A DNA stretch of 64,000 bases from an uncultured Chloroflexia bacterium (GTDB lineage Bacteria; Chloroflexota; Limnocylindria; Limnocylindrales; CSP1-4), in the NCBI GenBank assembly GCA_963829295.1, contig CAWHHU010000003.1:242447-306446 (forward strand), given 5' to 3'. The notes beneath the pieces were generated by a model, which did not search any database, was not told the DNA's origin, and worked only from the letters and a program-made list of their open reading frames with translations. This document shows positions 10,370 to 22,400 of the stretch, piece after piece. How positions within the stretch are numbered: position 1 is the stretch's first letter; each line of letters starts with the position of its first letter. The translations under genes and the position numbers were made by a program.

Positions 10370-11380
10370 ATGGCCCGACAGCGGTTCGAGTCGAGCGTAA
10401 CGGCCGTTTCCTGGATCCCATCCGAGGCGATCGAGGGCGCCCCGAAGCTCCCGTTCGAGCTGGGGATCACGCACTACGACGAGGTGCCGCCGGATCACCT
10501 CGAGGATCTCGAGGAGCTGCGCCGCACGGACAGGTTCCGGGAGGCGAACGAGCTGCGGGCGTTCATCGAGGTCGAGGACGGCCGGATCGTCGGGCAGGGC
10601 TATCTCGGCGGGGGCCACATCGGTGCCACGACGGTGCGCATGGGTCCGGCGTCGATCCGGTTTCCGGCGGTTCACCTGCCCGACATCCAGCACGAGCCCG
10701 AGGTGGGACCGACCTCCGTCCGCTTCGTGCAGACGGTTGGTGGGCGCATGGGCCTGCCGACGCCGCGACCGGTCGCCCGCAAGCCGTTCGTCCAGTTCTG
10801 GCCGTCGATCGCCTGGTCCACGCTGGAGCTGACGCTCAACGCCGACGGGACCTCCAGCCGGGCCCTCGCGGGGGGGAGCCCGTTCCCACGCCACTGGGTC
10901 TACGACGACGACGGCGCGCTCGTCCAGAAGTCCGGGCTGGTCGACTTCAAGAAGTGGTTCAACGAGGCGTTTGGCGATCAGACGCCGTGGGGCAGCTCCG
11001 ACTCGCCCGCGGTCGTCAGTGCGGTCGAGTCCGCCATGGAGCGGCGGGTGTCGGCCGCGATGATGCACGGTGGCCCCAAGCCCGCCGTTCGGATCCTGGA
11101 GGTCGGCGAGAACCTCGTGACCCAGGGCGATCAGGGGACGGACGTCTACCTGATCCTCGATGGCATGCTCGTGGTCGAGGTCGACGGTCGCGAGGTGGCC
11201 GAGATCGGGCCGGGTGCCGTCGTGGGCGAGCGGGCCGGCCGGGAGGGCGGCGTCCGAACGGCCACGCTGCGGGCAATCACGCGAGCCCGGGTTGCCCAGA
11301 CCAGGGCCGAGACCATCGACCCGCTCGATCTCGATGCCGTTTCCGGCACGCATCACCGCGAGGATGCCGCGGTGGGCTGA
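10370..11380 (+). CDS. protein with C-terminal cyclic nucleotide-binding domain and uncharacterised N-terminal domain
   Basis: LVTQGDQG...YLILDG...GAVVGE...RTATLRA phosphate-binding cassette. Confidence 0.8.
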   Translation: MARQRFESSVTAVSWIPSEAIEGAPKLPFELGITHYDEVPPDHLEDLEELRRTDRFREANELRAFIEVEDGRIVGQGYLGGGHIGATTVRMGPASIRFPAVHLPDIQHEPEVGPTSVRFVQTVGGRMGLPTPRPVARKPFVQFWPSIAWSTLELTLNADGTSSRALAGGSPFPRHWVYDDDGALVQKSGLVDFKKWFNEAFGDQTPWGSSDSPAVVSAVESAMERRVSAAMMHGGPKPAVRILEVGENLVTQGDQGTDVYLILDGMLVVEVDGREVAEIGPGAVVGERAGREGGVRTATLRAITRARVAQTRAETIDPLDLDAVSGTHHREDAAVG

Positions 11381-11453
11381 CCGACCGCCGAGGCTGCCCG
11401 CTGCGTCCAGGGATTCGAGGACCGAAGCTCGGCACGATCGGTACCCTTGTGCG

Positions 11454-13126
<1,673 letters not shown>

Positions 13127-13130
<4 letters not shown>

Positions 13131-14110
13131 CGGAGCGACTCGCGATGCCGGAGCCCCTCAGGATCGAGGCCTGCCACGCGGTCCCGATCATGGCCGCTTT
13201 CGGGCTGGGCGACGAAGGGCAGCTCTCGGACGGGCCGGTCGCCGAGGGTCGGGTCGGCGCGATCTGGCGGCTCGACACGGAACGAGGCAGCTGGGCCGTG
13301 AAGCAGGTGTCGGCTGGTACGAGCCCCGAAGATCTCGATGCCATGATCGATGGCGCGGCGTTTCAGGAGGCGGCGGTCGCGTCGGGCATCTCCGCGCCTG
13401 CCGTTCGGCGCACGCTCGAGGGAGCGGTGATCGGTGACCTGGGCACGGTCCGGGTCAGGGTCCATGGCTGGGTTGATCTCGAGCCGCCGGACGTCGCGCT
13501 CGAGCCACAGCTGCTCGGCCGCCTCGTCGCCAGCCTCCATCAGGTGGACTTTCAGGGCTCGATCGGGCTGGAACCGTGGTACCAGGCGCCCGTCGGTGCA
13601 ACGCGCTGGTCTGCGCCCATCCGAGCTCTCCGAGCGCGCCGCGCACCGTTCGCGGACGAGCTCGACGCGCTCGTCCCGGAGCTCGTCGCCCTCGAGCGGC
13701 TCCTGGGCGGCTCGCCCGGCAGCCTGCGCACCTGCCACCGGGATCTCTGGGCCGACAACGTCCGGCGGACGTCCGCCGACCGACTGTGCGTCATCGACTT
13801 CGACAACGCCGGGCTGGCCAACCCGGCGCAGGAGCTCGCGCTCGTTTTGGTCGAGTACGCCGACGATGACCCTCGACGGGCGGCGGCCGTCCTAAACGCA
13901 TACGCCGCTGCAGGCGGCCCCGCGCGCGTCGTGTCGCCGGCGGACTTCGCGATGGTGATCGCCCAGCAGGGCCACATCGCGGAGGAGGGCTGCCGCCGGT
14001 GGCTGGCCGCGACCACGGATGCCGATCGCGCCGACAACGAGGCCTGGGTCCGCGAGTTCACCGACCGGCCGCTCACCCGGTGTGTCATCGAGACGCTGCT
14101 CGGACAGTAG
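13127..14110 (+). CDS. aminoglycoside phosphotransferase / kinase-like protein
   Basis: WAVK, CHRDLWADN, VIDFD; GTGA overlap with ettA stop. Confidence 0.8.
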
Positions 14111-14211
14111 ACCGCCCGGGCCACCGGACGCGACATCTCCGCGTCGCGCGGCCCTCGGGTACCGCGAGCCTGCCGCCGCGGGCGTGGACCCCTCAGCCGC
14201 AACGGGCGGAC

Positions 14212-15369
14212 CTAGCGACCCAGCAGACGGCGCTCGGTGTGCGGCATCGCCTTCCACCAGTGGGCGTAGCGGCCGTAGATGGCCGGCTCGCGGTCGGCCA
14301 GGAACGCGATCAGGGCGCTTGCCTCGGTCTCGAGCCCGCTCCACGCCTCGGCTGAGAGCGGGTGGAATGCCGTGGCCTCGATCCCCCCGTCGAGCGGCCG
14401 CCAGACGCCCGCAACGTAGCCGTCGATGAGGAGCGTCGGGAGGACGTCACCGTTGTTGCGGGTGACGAGCCGACGGTAGTCGGGAGGGATGATCCGGCTG
14501 CGATCGTCGTACGCCAGCAGGATGTTGTCCCACATCGGCAGCAGCCGCGGCGGGGCAGGGGAGTCCTCGGGCGGCAGCGGGCCACCCGGCACGTCGAACA
14601 GCTCGCCTCCGTCGGGACCCGCCATCATCACCAGCCCGCCGGCGCGCGACCGGAGCGCCGCTCGCACGCGCGACCGGAGCGCCGCTCGCACGCGCGACCG
14701 ATGGACCATCGCGAACCGGCCGATGTCCTGGATGGTTGCCGGTCCGAACCCCTCCAGGTATCGGAACACGAGCGATGGCAGGGCGGCGTCCGGATCGCCC
14801 GGCCGAGCCTCCTTCTCAACGGCGATGTACGAGGGCCGGAGGCTGAACGACCACGGACCTCCGGTCGGTGCGTGGACGAACGGCGCAAACCGCCGCATCG
14901 CCCACCACACGCCGGGCCTCGGGAGCACGCCCAGCCGGCGGTCGAGCCATGCGTGGACGTCGGCGTTCGTCCGTGGCCGGTCGGCAAACTCGAGCACCTC
15001 GGGAACCAGATCGTCGAGATCGGCGAGGGACAGGCCGGTCACGGTGAACCGCGGATCGGTGAGGCATGAGCCCCGAAGCGTCGGCTGCATCGCCTCGTGG
15101 AACGCCGGGTAGTCCACGGCATCGACCGCGTGGAGGGCGATCCGCATCAGCGACGCCTTGACGATCCGCCGGTCGACGAAGGCTCGCTCGAGGTTGGCCG
15201 GGTCGAATGCGGTGAGCCGGTTCCAGAGCGCGAGGTACGGCGATTCCGGCTGCTGCGCCTGCAGCGCAACGACGCGATGGACGGCCTCGACGGCATCCAG
15301 CGACTCGCGATGCAGCAGCAGCTGGCGGGCAAGGGTGGCCCGGTTGAGCTGCCGAGCGGTGACGATCAC
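14212..15369 (-). CDS. AlkZ-like winged-helix DNA glycosylase (HTH_42)
   Basis: LNRATLARQLL, LQAQ (QxQ) motif, MRxALH, RLLPMWDNILL, DGYVAGVW. Confidence 0.88.
   Translation of the reverse strand: MIVTARQLNRATLARQLLLHRESLDAVEAVHRVVALQAQQPESPYLALWNRLTAFDPANLERAFVDRRIVKASLMRIALHAVDAVDYPAFHEAMQPTLRGSCLTDPRFTVTGLSLADLDDLVPEVLEFADRPRTNADVHAWLDRRLGVLPRPGVWWAMRRFAPFVHAPTGGPWSFSLRPSYIAVEKEARPGDPDAALPSLVFRYLEGFGPATIQDIGRFAMVHRSRVRAALRSRVRAALRSRAGGLVMMAGPDGGELFDVPGGPLPPEDSPAPPRLLPMWDNILLAYDDRSRIIPPDYRRLVTRNNGDVLPTLLIDGYVAGVWRPLDGGIEATAFHPLSAEAWSGLETEASALIAFLADREPAIYGRYAHWWKAMPHTERRLLGR
14643..14700. repeat. in-frame 24-bp tandem duplication inside the alkZ-like gene
   Basis: CGCGCGACCGGAGCGCCGCTCGCA twice plus a 10-nt partial copy; protein RSRVRAAL twice. 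Confidence 0.95.
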
Positions 15370-15520
15370 GTCGCCATCTTGCCGGTGGTCGGGCTTGTCG
15401 GCCTGACGACCCGGTGATGGGGCGCCGTGTGGATGGGGGACGTCGGGCCTTCGGCGTCCGCGGCGAAGCCGTGGCCGTGGCCTTGGCCGCTGGAGGGTGC
15501 AGGACGCGGACGGGGCCTCA

Positions 15521-17074
15521 GAGGCCGTGAACCAACCGCGTCGTGGCGGTCGGCGGATCGATGGACGGGCGGGCGATGGGCATGTCGGGTCCTCGTCGCG
15601 TCAGGAACGGCAGTGACGAGCGTCGAGACGGTGTCCTTGGCTGGTCCGGCAGGCCGCGAGCACCCTGCCCCGTCCGGCTCCGGGCCTCATCCGGCTGCTC
15701 CGGCCCGGATGGCGAGCGTCTGGGAGAGGTTCTGGGCGAGGGCGAACCAGAGGAGCACCGAGCGGACCTTGGCGAGCCCCCGGACGGGGAGCTGTTGCAG
15801 CCCCCGGTTGCGGGCCTGGGCGTTGGTCCACTCGGCGCTGGCGGCCCGTTCCCGGTAGATGGCCTTGGCCTCGGGCGTCGCCATGCGCGACCGCCAGGCC
15901 GCGACGCCAGCGGTGTCGGGATGTCGATTCCGAGGCTCCTTCGTGGGCTCCTTCCTGGGTCGTGGCGCGGTCGGCGGCGCGTAGACCGCGGTGCCGCAGG
16001 CCTCGAGCGCCTCGATGTCGGACAGGGTGGCGTAGCCGCCATCGACGAGGACCTCGGCGGGCCGGATCCCGAACGAGCGTTCGATCCGCCCGACGAGAGG
16101 ACCGAGCTCGCCGGCGTCGGATCCCCGGTTGGTGACGCTGACCCCGCACACGAGACCGCTCCCGACGTCGGTCGTGAGCTGGCCGTTGTAGGCCGGGCGC
16201 CAGCCGCCGTCACCCATCCGCATCACCCGTGCCTCATGGTCGGTCGTGCTGGCGCGAGCCGTCTCCGGGTCGTCGCCGTTGCGGCGCTTGACCGCCTCGA
16301 GCTCGGGCAGGACCTCGAGGGCCGCCTTCACGCGCTCCTCGCGCTCGCGGGCAGCGCGCGCTCGCGCGGCCTGCTGGCGCCGCGTGGTGGCCCCCGGATC
16401 GTCGTCGAGCTCGGCCCGCAACCGGCGCACCTGCGTTCCGGCCTCCGCGAGCGCCTTGCGCAGCCCGCCCCTGCCGCGGTAGGAGCCGGCGCCCGCACTG
16501 GCCCGGACGCGGACGCCGTCGTGGGCGACACGCTGGAGCGTGACCTCGCCCTGGGCCACCAGGGAGGCGACCGAGTGGACGAACAGGGCGTCGAGCCGCT
16601 CGGCATCCGTGACCCGGAAGTCGGCCAGGGTGTGGTAGTTGACGCCCACGCCACCGCAGATCCAGCGGTAGGCGTCGTGCTCGTCACACAGGCGGTCGAG
16701 CGCCCGCGCGCTGCCCACGCCCTCGAGCGTGGCGTACAGCCAGAGCGCGACCAGGATCGCGGGATCGATCGGCGGCCGGCCCGAGTGGCCCTCGACCGCG
16801 CGGATCCGCTCCTCGAAGGCCGACAGGTCGAGCCCCTCCACGAAGGCCCACACCTCGCGGGCCCGGTGGTCGGCGGGCAGCAGGCTCTCGAGGTCGGAGG
16901 GCCGGAGCATCACCTGCCCGCGCTGCGGGCGCTGCAGTCTCGGCCTCCCACGTCCGGCGGGCGTCTCGGGCTGGGGATCGGCGGGCGGGAGATCGAACAG
17001 CTCGTCCATCCCCGAATCGTAGCTGCGCGACCGGCCGAAGGGAATCCCCCGCGGCCGGTTTTGTTCACGGCCTC
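15521..17074 (-). mobile_element. IS1182-family insertion sequence (1554 bp)
   Basis: Terminal IR GAGGCCGTGAAC (15521-15532) / GTTCACGGCCTC (17063-17074); TCA duplicated at 15518-15520 and 17075-17077. Confidence 0.88.
15687..17009 (-). CDS. IS1182-family DDE transposase
   Basis: LLPADHRAR, GRPPIDP, NYHTLADFR, HDGVRVRASA, STTDHEAR, PAYNGQ, DGGY, YRERAASAE. Confidence 0.92.
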   Translation of the reverse strand: MDELFDLPPADPQPETPAGRGRPRLQRPQRGQVMLRPSDLESLLPADHRAREVWAFVEGLDLSAFEERIRAVEGHSGRPPIDPAILVALWLYATLEGVGSARALDRLCDEHDAYRWICGGVGVNYHTLADFRVTDAERLDALFVHSVASLVAQGEVTLQRVAHDGVRVRASAGAGSYRGRGGLRKALAEAGTQVRRLRAELDDDPGATTRRQQAARARAAREREERVKAALEVLPELEAVKRRNGDDPETARASTTDHEARVMRMGDGGWRPAYNGQLTTDVGSGLVCGVSVTNRGSDAGELGPLVGRIERSFGIRPAEVLVDGGYATLSDIEALEACGTAVYAPPTAPRPRKEPTKEPRNRHPDTAGVAAWRSRMATPEAKAIYRERAASAEWTNAQARNRGLQQLPVRGLAKVRSVLLWFALAQNLSQTLAIRAGAAG

Positions 17075-17473
17075 TCAGGCCGCCAGGACGCTGTCCACGC
17101 GGATGACCGGTGGATGCTCGAAGTGCTTCTTGACCGCGCACTGCTCGGCGGAGCGCACCACGGCGTCGGCGTACTTGGCGGGGAAGCCCTCGGGCAGCTC
17201 GATCGTGACCTGGACGTCGTTGACCAGGCGGGTCGCCGGGTCCACCTGCATCCGCTGGACGAGGCGGATGCCCTCGGTCGGGATCCCACGCTGCCGGCAG
17301 AAGCCGAGCACGTAGATGCCGGCACAGGTCCCGATCGTGGACAGGAACGTCGCAAACGGCGTCGGTGCCAGGCCATCGCCACCGCCCGCCGGCGGCTGGT
17401 CGGTGGGTACCACGAACTCGCCGAAATGCGCGTCTACGCGCGCCCCACCCGGGAAGTCGATCGTCATCTCCAT
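17075..17473 (-). CDS. OsmC family protein
   Basis: TDQP, PTPFATFLSTIGTCAG, CAVKK; GAGG RBS. Confidence 0.9.
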   Translation of the reverse strand: MEMTIDFPGGARVDAHFGEFVVPTDQPPAGGGDGLAPTPFATFLSTIGTCAGIYVLGFCRQRGIPTEGIRLVQRMQVDPATRLVNDVQVTIELPEGFPAKYADAVVRSAEQCAVKKHFEHPPVIRVDSVLAA

Positions 17474-17663
17474 CGTTCGAACCTCGTCATGCGCCACCGC
17501 CGGTCATTCGACCGGAGCGGGGCCGTTGGTCAAGTCGTGTGTGGACGTACCGCGAGCGTACCCATACCTTGCATCATTGCGCAAGTACGCATGTTCCCGA
17601 AGTCGGCAGGAGGTCGATGTGAGCGCAGCTGGAGACGTGGGCCCGAAAGCCTAGACTGGCCGC

Positions 17664-19364
17664 GTGACCCCGGACCCGCGACCCACCGCATCTCGTCTGC
17701 TCGTCGACTGCCTCGCCGTCGAAGGCTGCGAGTGGGTGTTCTCGGTTCCTGGCGAGGAGACGATGGATATCCTCGATGCGCTCGCCGACGAGGAGCGCGT
17801 TCGCCACGTCACGACCCGGCACGAGCAGGGCGCCGCGTTCATGGCCGACGTCTACGGGCGCCTCACCGGGCACTGCGCGGTCGCCATGGCCACCCTCGGT
17901 CCGGGCGCCACGAACCTCATCACCGGGATCGCCGACGCCTTCCTGGACCGCGCGCCGATGGTCGCGATCACGGGGCAGACCGGCTCCGACAAGCTCCACA
18001 AGGAGTCCCATCAGCTGGTCGATATTCCGCGCATGCTCGAGCCGGTGACCAAGTGGACCACCAGGGTCGGCCGTGCGGACGCGATCCCGGAGACCGTCAC
18101 CAGGGCGTTCCGCCTCGCTCGCCTGGAGAAGCCGGGCCCAACGCACATCGAGCTGCCCGAGGACATCGCCGCCGCGCGCGTGGACCCGGCGATCAGGCCG
18201 CTCGCGCCGGCCCATGCCTACTTTCCGGAGCCCACCGACGAGGCGATCGCCCACGCCGCGTCGCTCATCGCCGCCTCCTCGCGCCCCATCGTCCTCGCAG
18301 GCAATGGGGTTCTCCGCCGCCGGGCCGCCGATGCCCTGCGGGCGTTCGCCCGCGGTCTCCACCTGCCGGTCGCCGAGACGTTCATGGGCAAGGGCGCGAT
18401 GGACGACCGATCGCACCTGTCGCTGATGGCCGTGGGGCTCCAGGCGCGCGACCACGTGCTGACCGGCTTCGATCGTGCGGATCTTGTCATCTGCGTCGGC
18501 TACGACCTCGTGGAGTACGCGCCCTCGCGCTGGAACCCCGACGGGACCAAGCGGATCATCCACATCGACACCCAGCCGGCCGAGGTGGATGCCTCGTACC
18601 GCCCGGCCGTGGAGCTGATCGGAGACATCGATGGGTCGCTCCGCTGCCTGCTCGAGGCGGTCGAGCCGCTGGGGATCAACGGGCGGAGCGCGTCGGAGCG
18701 TCATGCGTCGCAGGAGACGCTGGTCAACCTGGACCTTCGCAAGGACCTGCTCGAGGACCTCCGGGCATTCGAGGACGACGACGCGCCGGTCGTGAAGCCG
18801 CAGAAGGCGATCCTCGAGCTGCGCCGGGCACTGGCGCCCCGCGACATCGTGGTCTCGGACGTGGGTGCCCACAAGATCTGGGTTGCCCGGCTGTACCAGG
18901 CCTACGAGCCGAACACGGTCATCATCAGCAACGGCTTCGCATCGATGGGGATCGCCCTGCCGGGGGCGATCGCGGCGTCCCTGGTGCATCCGGACCGTCG
19001 GGTCGTCGCGCTGTGCGGCGACGGCGGTCTGCTGATGAACGTGCAGGAGCTGGAGACGGCCGTTCGGCTGGGGGTCAGGGCCACGGTCGTGGTCTGGCGG
19101 GACGACGGCTACGGGCTCATCGACTGGAAGCAGCGCAACGAGTTCGGGCGGCCGTTCGGGGTGACGTTCGGGAACCCGGACTTCGTCGCCCTGGCGCGCT
19201 CGTTCGGGATCCCGGCGTTCCGCCCGGCGTCGTCCACGGACCTCGCCGGATGCCTCTCGGCCGCGCTTGCCGTCGATGGCCCGGCGCTGGTCGAGGTGCC
19301 GATCGACTACCGCGAGAACCTGCGGCTCACGGAACGCCTGGGGGCGCTGGACCCGCGCGCGTAG
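17664..19364 (+). CDS. acetolactate synthase large subunit-like TPP-dependent enzyme
   Basis: VPGEE, RHEQGAAFMA, TLGPGATN, GDGGLLMN. Confidence 0.92.
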   Translation: MTPDPRPTASRLLVDCLAVEGCEWVFSVPGEETMDILDALADEERVRHVTTRHEQGAAFMADVYGRLTGHCAVAMATLGPGATNLITGIADAFLDRAPMVAITGQTGSDKLHKESHQLVDIPRMLEPVTKWTTRVGRADAIPETVTRAFRLARLEKPGPTHIELPEDIAAARVDPAIRPLAPAHAYFPEPTDEAIAHAASLIAASSRPIVLAGNGVLRRRAADALRAFARGLHLPVAETFMGKGAMDDRSHLSLMAVGLQARDHVLTGFDRADLVICVGYDLVEYAPSRWNPDGTKRIIHIDTQPAEVDASYRPAVELIGDIDGSLRCLLEAVEPLGINGRSASERHASQETLVNLDLRKDLLEDLRAFEDDDAPVVKPQKAILELRRALAPRDIVVSDVGAHKIWVARLYQAYEPNTVIISNGFASMGIALPGAIAASLVHPDRRVVALCGDGGLLMNVQELETAVRLGVRATVVVWRDDGYGLIDWKQRNEFGRPFGVTFGNPDFVALARSFGIPAFRPASSTDLAGCLSAALAVDGPALVEVPIDYRENLRLTERLGALDPRA

Positions 19365-19450
19365 TCGGGACGCGAGCCGCCCGGCGCGGGGGTTCTCAAG
19401 CCGCGGGCGCGGTCGTATGCTGCGGGTCTCACGAACAGCCGAGGATCGTC

Positions 19451-22400
19451 ATGGCGGATCTTCGATCGCAACGGCATGCGCCGTCCATCACCTGGCTTCG
19501 CACGCTGCTGGTGGGTGCCATCGTCATCGCATCGTCGCTGGTGCCCACTGCCAGCGCATCCGCCACGCCCGATCCCGCGTCGGTGACGATTGCCGGCTCC
19601 TTGCAGTCCGAGGCCGGCTGCTCGGGTGACTGGGATCCAGCGTGCGCGGCGACGCACCTCGCCTACGACGCCAACGACGATGTCTGGCAGGGAACGTTCT
19701 CGCTGCCCGCCGGCGCCTACGAGTACAAGGCGGCGCTCAACGATTCCTGGGCCGAGAACTACGGCCTTCACGCGGCGCTCAACGGCGCGAACGTCCCCCT
19801 CAATGTCGCCTCGAGCGGCGACGTCAGGTTCTACTACGACCACAAGACCCACTGGGTCACGGACAACCACAGCTCGGTGATCGCGGTGGCGGCCGGCAGC
19901 TTTCAGTCCGAGCTCGGCTGCGCCGGGGACTGGGATCCGGGCTGTCTCCGCTCCTGGCTCGAGGACCCTGACGGCGACGGAATCTACTCGTTCTCGACCA
20001 CGGCCCTCCCCGAGGGCTCGTACGACACGAAGGTCGCCATCGACGAGGGCTGGACCGAGAACTACGGTGCGGGCGGAGCCCCCAACGGCGACAACATCTC
20101 GTTCACCGTGCCCGCCGGCCATCCCCAGGTGACGTTCAGCTACAATTCGACGTCGCACGTGCTCTCGATCGTCGTGGCCGTCGATCACGGCGCGCCGGGT
20201 GCACCGGGCAACGTCTCGCACTTCGACCTCGCCCGCAAGGACTGCCTGGGCACCGCGCGCAACACGACGTCCAGGGTCTGGTACACGATCGCGGGCGGCA
20301 TGCTCAGCGACGTCTACTACCCGACGATCGACAACACGAACCTCGAGACGCTCCAGTACCTCGTCACCGACGGGTCCACGTTCACCGACCTCCAGTCGCG
20401 CGACATGAGCTACAGCGTGGCGGCGATCAACGGCACTGGCGGCATGGCCTGCCGGGTCACGGCGACCGCGAACAGCGGCCGGTACTCGATCGTGACCGAC
20501 TACATCACCGATCCTGCCCGGAACACGGTCATGATGCGGGTGCGGTTGACGACGCCCAGGCCGGCGGTGAAAGGTCCGCCGCTCCAGCTCTACGTACGCT
20601 TCGATCCGACCGTCAACGGCAACGGCGGAGGTGGCTCGGGCAACGGCGGGGCAGACAGCGCGACGGTTGACACATCGACCGGCCACCCGGTCCTGCTGGC
20701 GTCGGACCCGGTCACGGCCACCAACGCGGCCAATCGCGACTACGCCCAACCGGTGTTCGCGGCGCTCGACGGCCCGTTCACCGACGCATCGGTGGGCTTC
20801 GCGGGCTCCGAGAGCGACCCGCTCACAGGGTTGGATGCGGCGCATGTCCTCACGCCCGCCTACCCGGATGCCCGTGAGGGCAACGTCGTCGGGGCCGCAA
20901 AGGTCGACCTGAACGGCGCCGGGCGAGCCGTGATCACGCTCGGGTTCGGCGCCACGGACACGGATGCGGTTGGGGCCGCCGAGGGCTCGCTGGCGGCCGG
21001 CTTCGACGGGGCGTTTGAGAGCTACAAGGACGGCTGGGATGCGTATGACGCCACGCTCGTCCAGCCGCGCACCAACAAGCTGCCCGGTGTCGGGGCACCC
21101 GAGCGTCAGCAGCTCACCCACGCGTACTACCTGAGCGCGAACGTGCTCAAGGCATCCGAGGACAAGACCTTCCCGGGCGCGCTCGTGGCGAGCCTCGCCT
21201 CGCCGTGGGGGCAGGCGATCTCGGCCGGTGACCCGGCGAACACGTACTTCGGCTCGTATCGCGAGGTGTTCGCACGCGATCTCTACGAGGCCTGGACGGG
21301 CCTGGTCGCCGACGGTGATCTGGCGACCGCGCGCGACGCGACGCTGTTCCTGTTCGACCGCCAGCAGCTCCCGGACGGGTCGATGCCGCGCAACAGCCTG
21401 GTCAACGGCAAGGTCGCGCCGGACTCGTTCGGGACCCAGCTCGACGAGGTGGCCTACCCGATCCTCATGGCGGACCAGCTGGGACTCACGGACGCCACGC
21501 TGTACGCGGATCACGTCAGACCGGCGGCGAACTTCCTGGCTGCGCACGGACCGGCGACCGGGGTCGAGCGCTGGGAGGAGCAGAGTGGCTACTCGCCATC
21601 GACCATCGCCGCCGAGATCGCGGGCCTCGCGGCCGCCGCCGATCTCGCGCAGGCGAACGGCGATCCGGACTCCGCGGCGGTCTGGCTCGGGGTTGCCGAC
21701 GACATGCAGCGGTCGGTGAAGGGCTGGACCGTGACGACCACCGGGCCGCTCGCGTCGCACCCGTACTTCATCCGGTTGTCCAAGACCGGTGACCCGAACG
21801 CGGCGATCGCCTACAACGTCGGCAACGGCGGTCCCACCCTCGACCAGCGATCGGTCATCGATGCTGGCTTCCTCGAGCTCGTCCGGCTGGGCATCCTGCC
21901 CGCGGACGATCCCGACGTGGCGCAGTCGCTGCCGGTCGTGGATGCGACGATCGCCACCGACACGCCCAGCGGGACCGGCTGGCATCGGTATAACGGCGAC
22001 GGCTACGGCGATCGCGCCCTTGACGGCCGGCCGTGGGCCCCGACCGGGCAGGGGACCGGTCATCTGTGGCCCGTGCTGTCGGCGGAGCGCGCGGAGCAGG
22101 CGCTCGCGACGGGCGACCGGGCGGGCGCCACCTCGCTGCTGTCGAGCATGCGACGGTTCGCGTCGGGGGTGGGCCTGATCCCCGAGCAGGACTGGGAGCT
22201 GCCGGCCGTGCCGGCCTCGCCGTACGGCACCGACCCGACCCAGGCGTCGATCGGCTTCGAGAATGGTCAGGCCGCCGGCTCGGCATCGCCATTGACGTGG
22301 TCGGCAGCGTCGTTCGTCCGCCTCACGGCAGACCTGGCGGCGAACCGGAACGTCGTCCTGCCGGCCGTGACGCAGTCACGCTACGTGACGCATACCCAGC

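Noticed and set aside
17576-17595. TGCG-N6-CGCA upstream of osmC as an operator
   Set aside because: Short match, expected by chance at this GC content, and no adjacent regulator
19307-22063. Long antisense ORFs (also 11277-13067, 15543-17315, 51212-52783, 61873-63771)
   Set aside because: Typical high-GC shadow frames opposite well-supported genes, with no motifs
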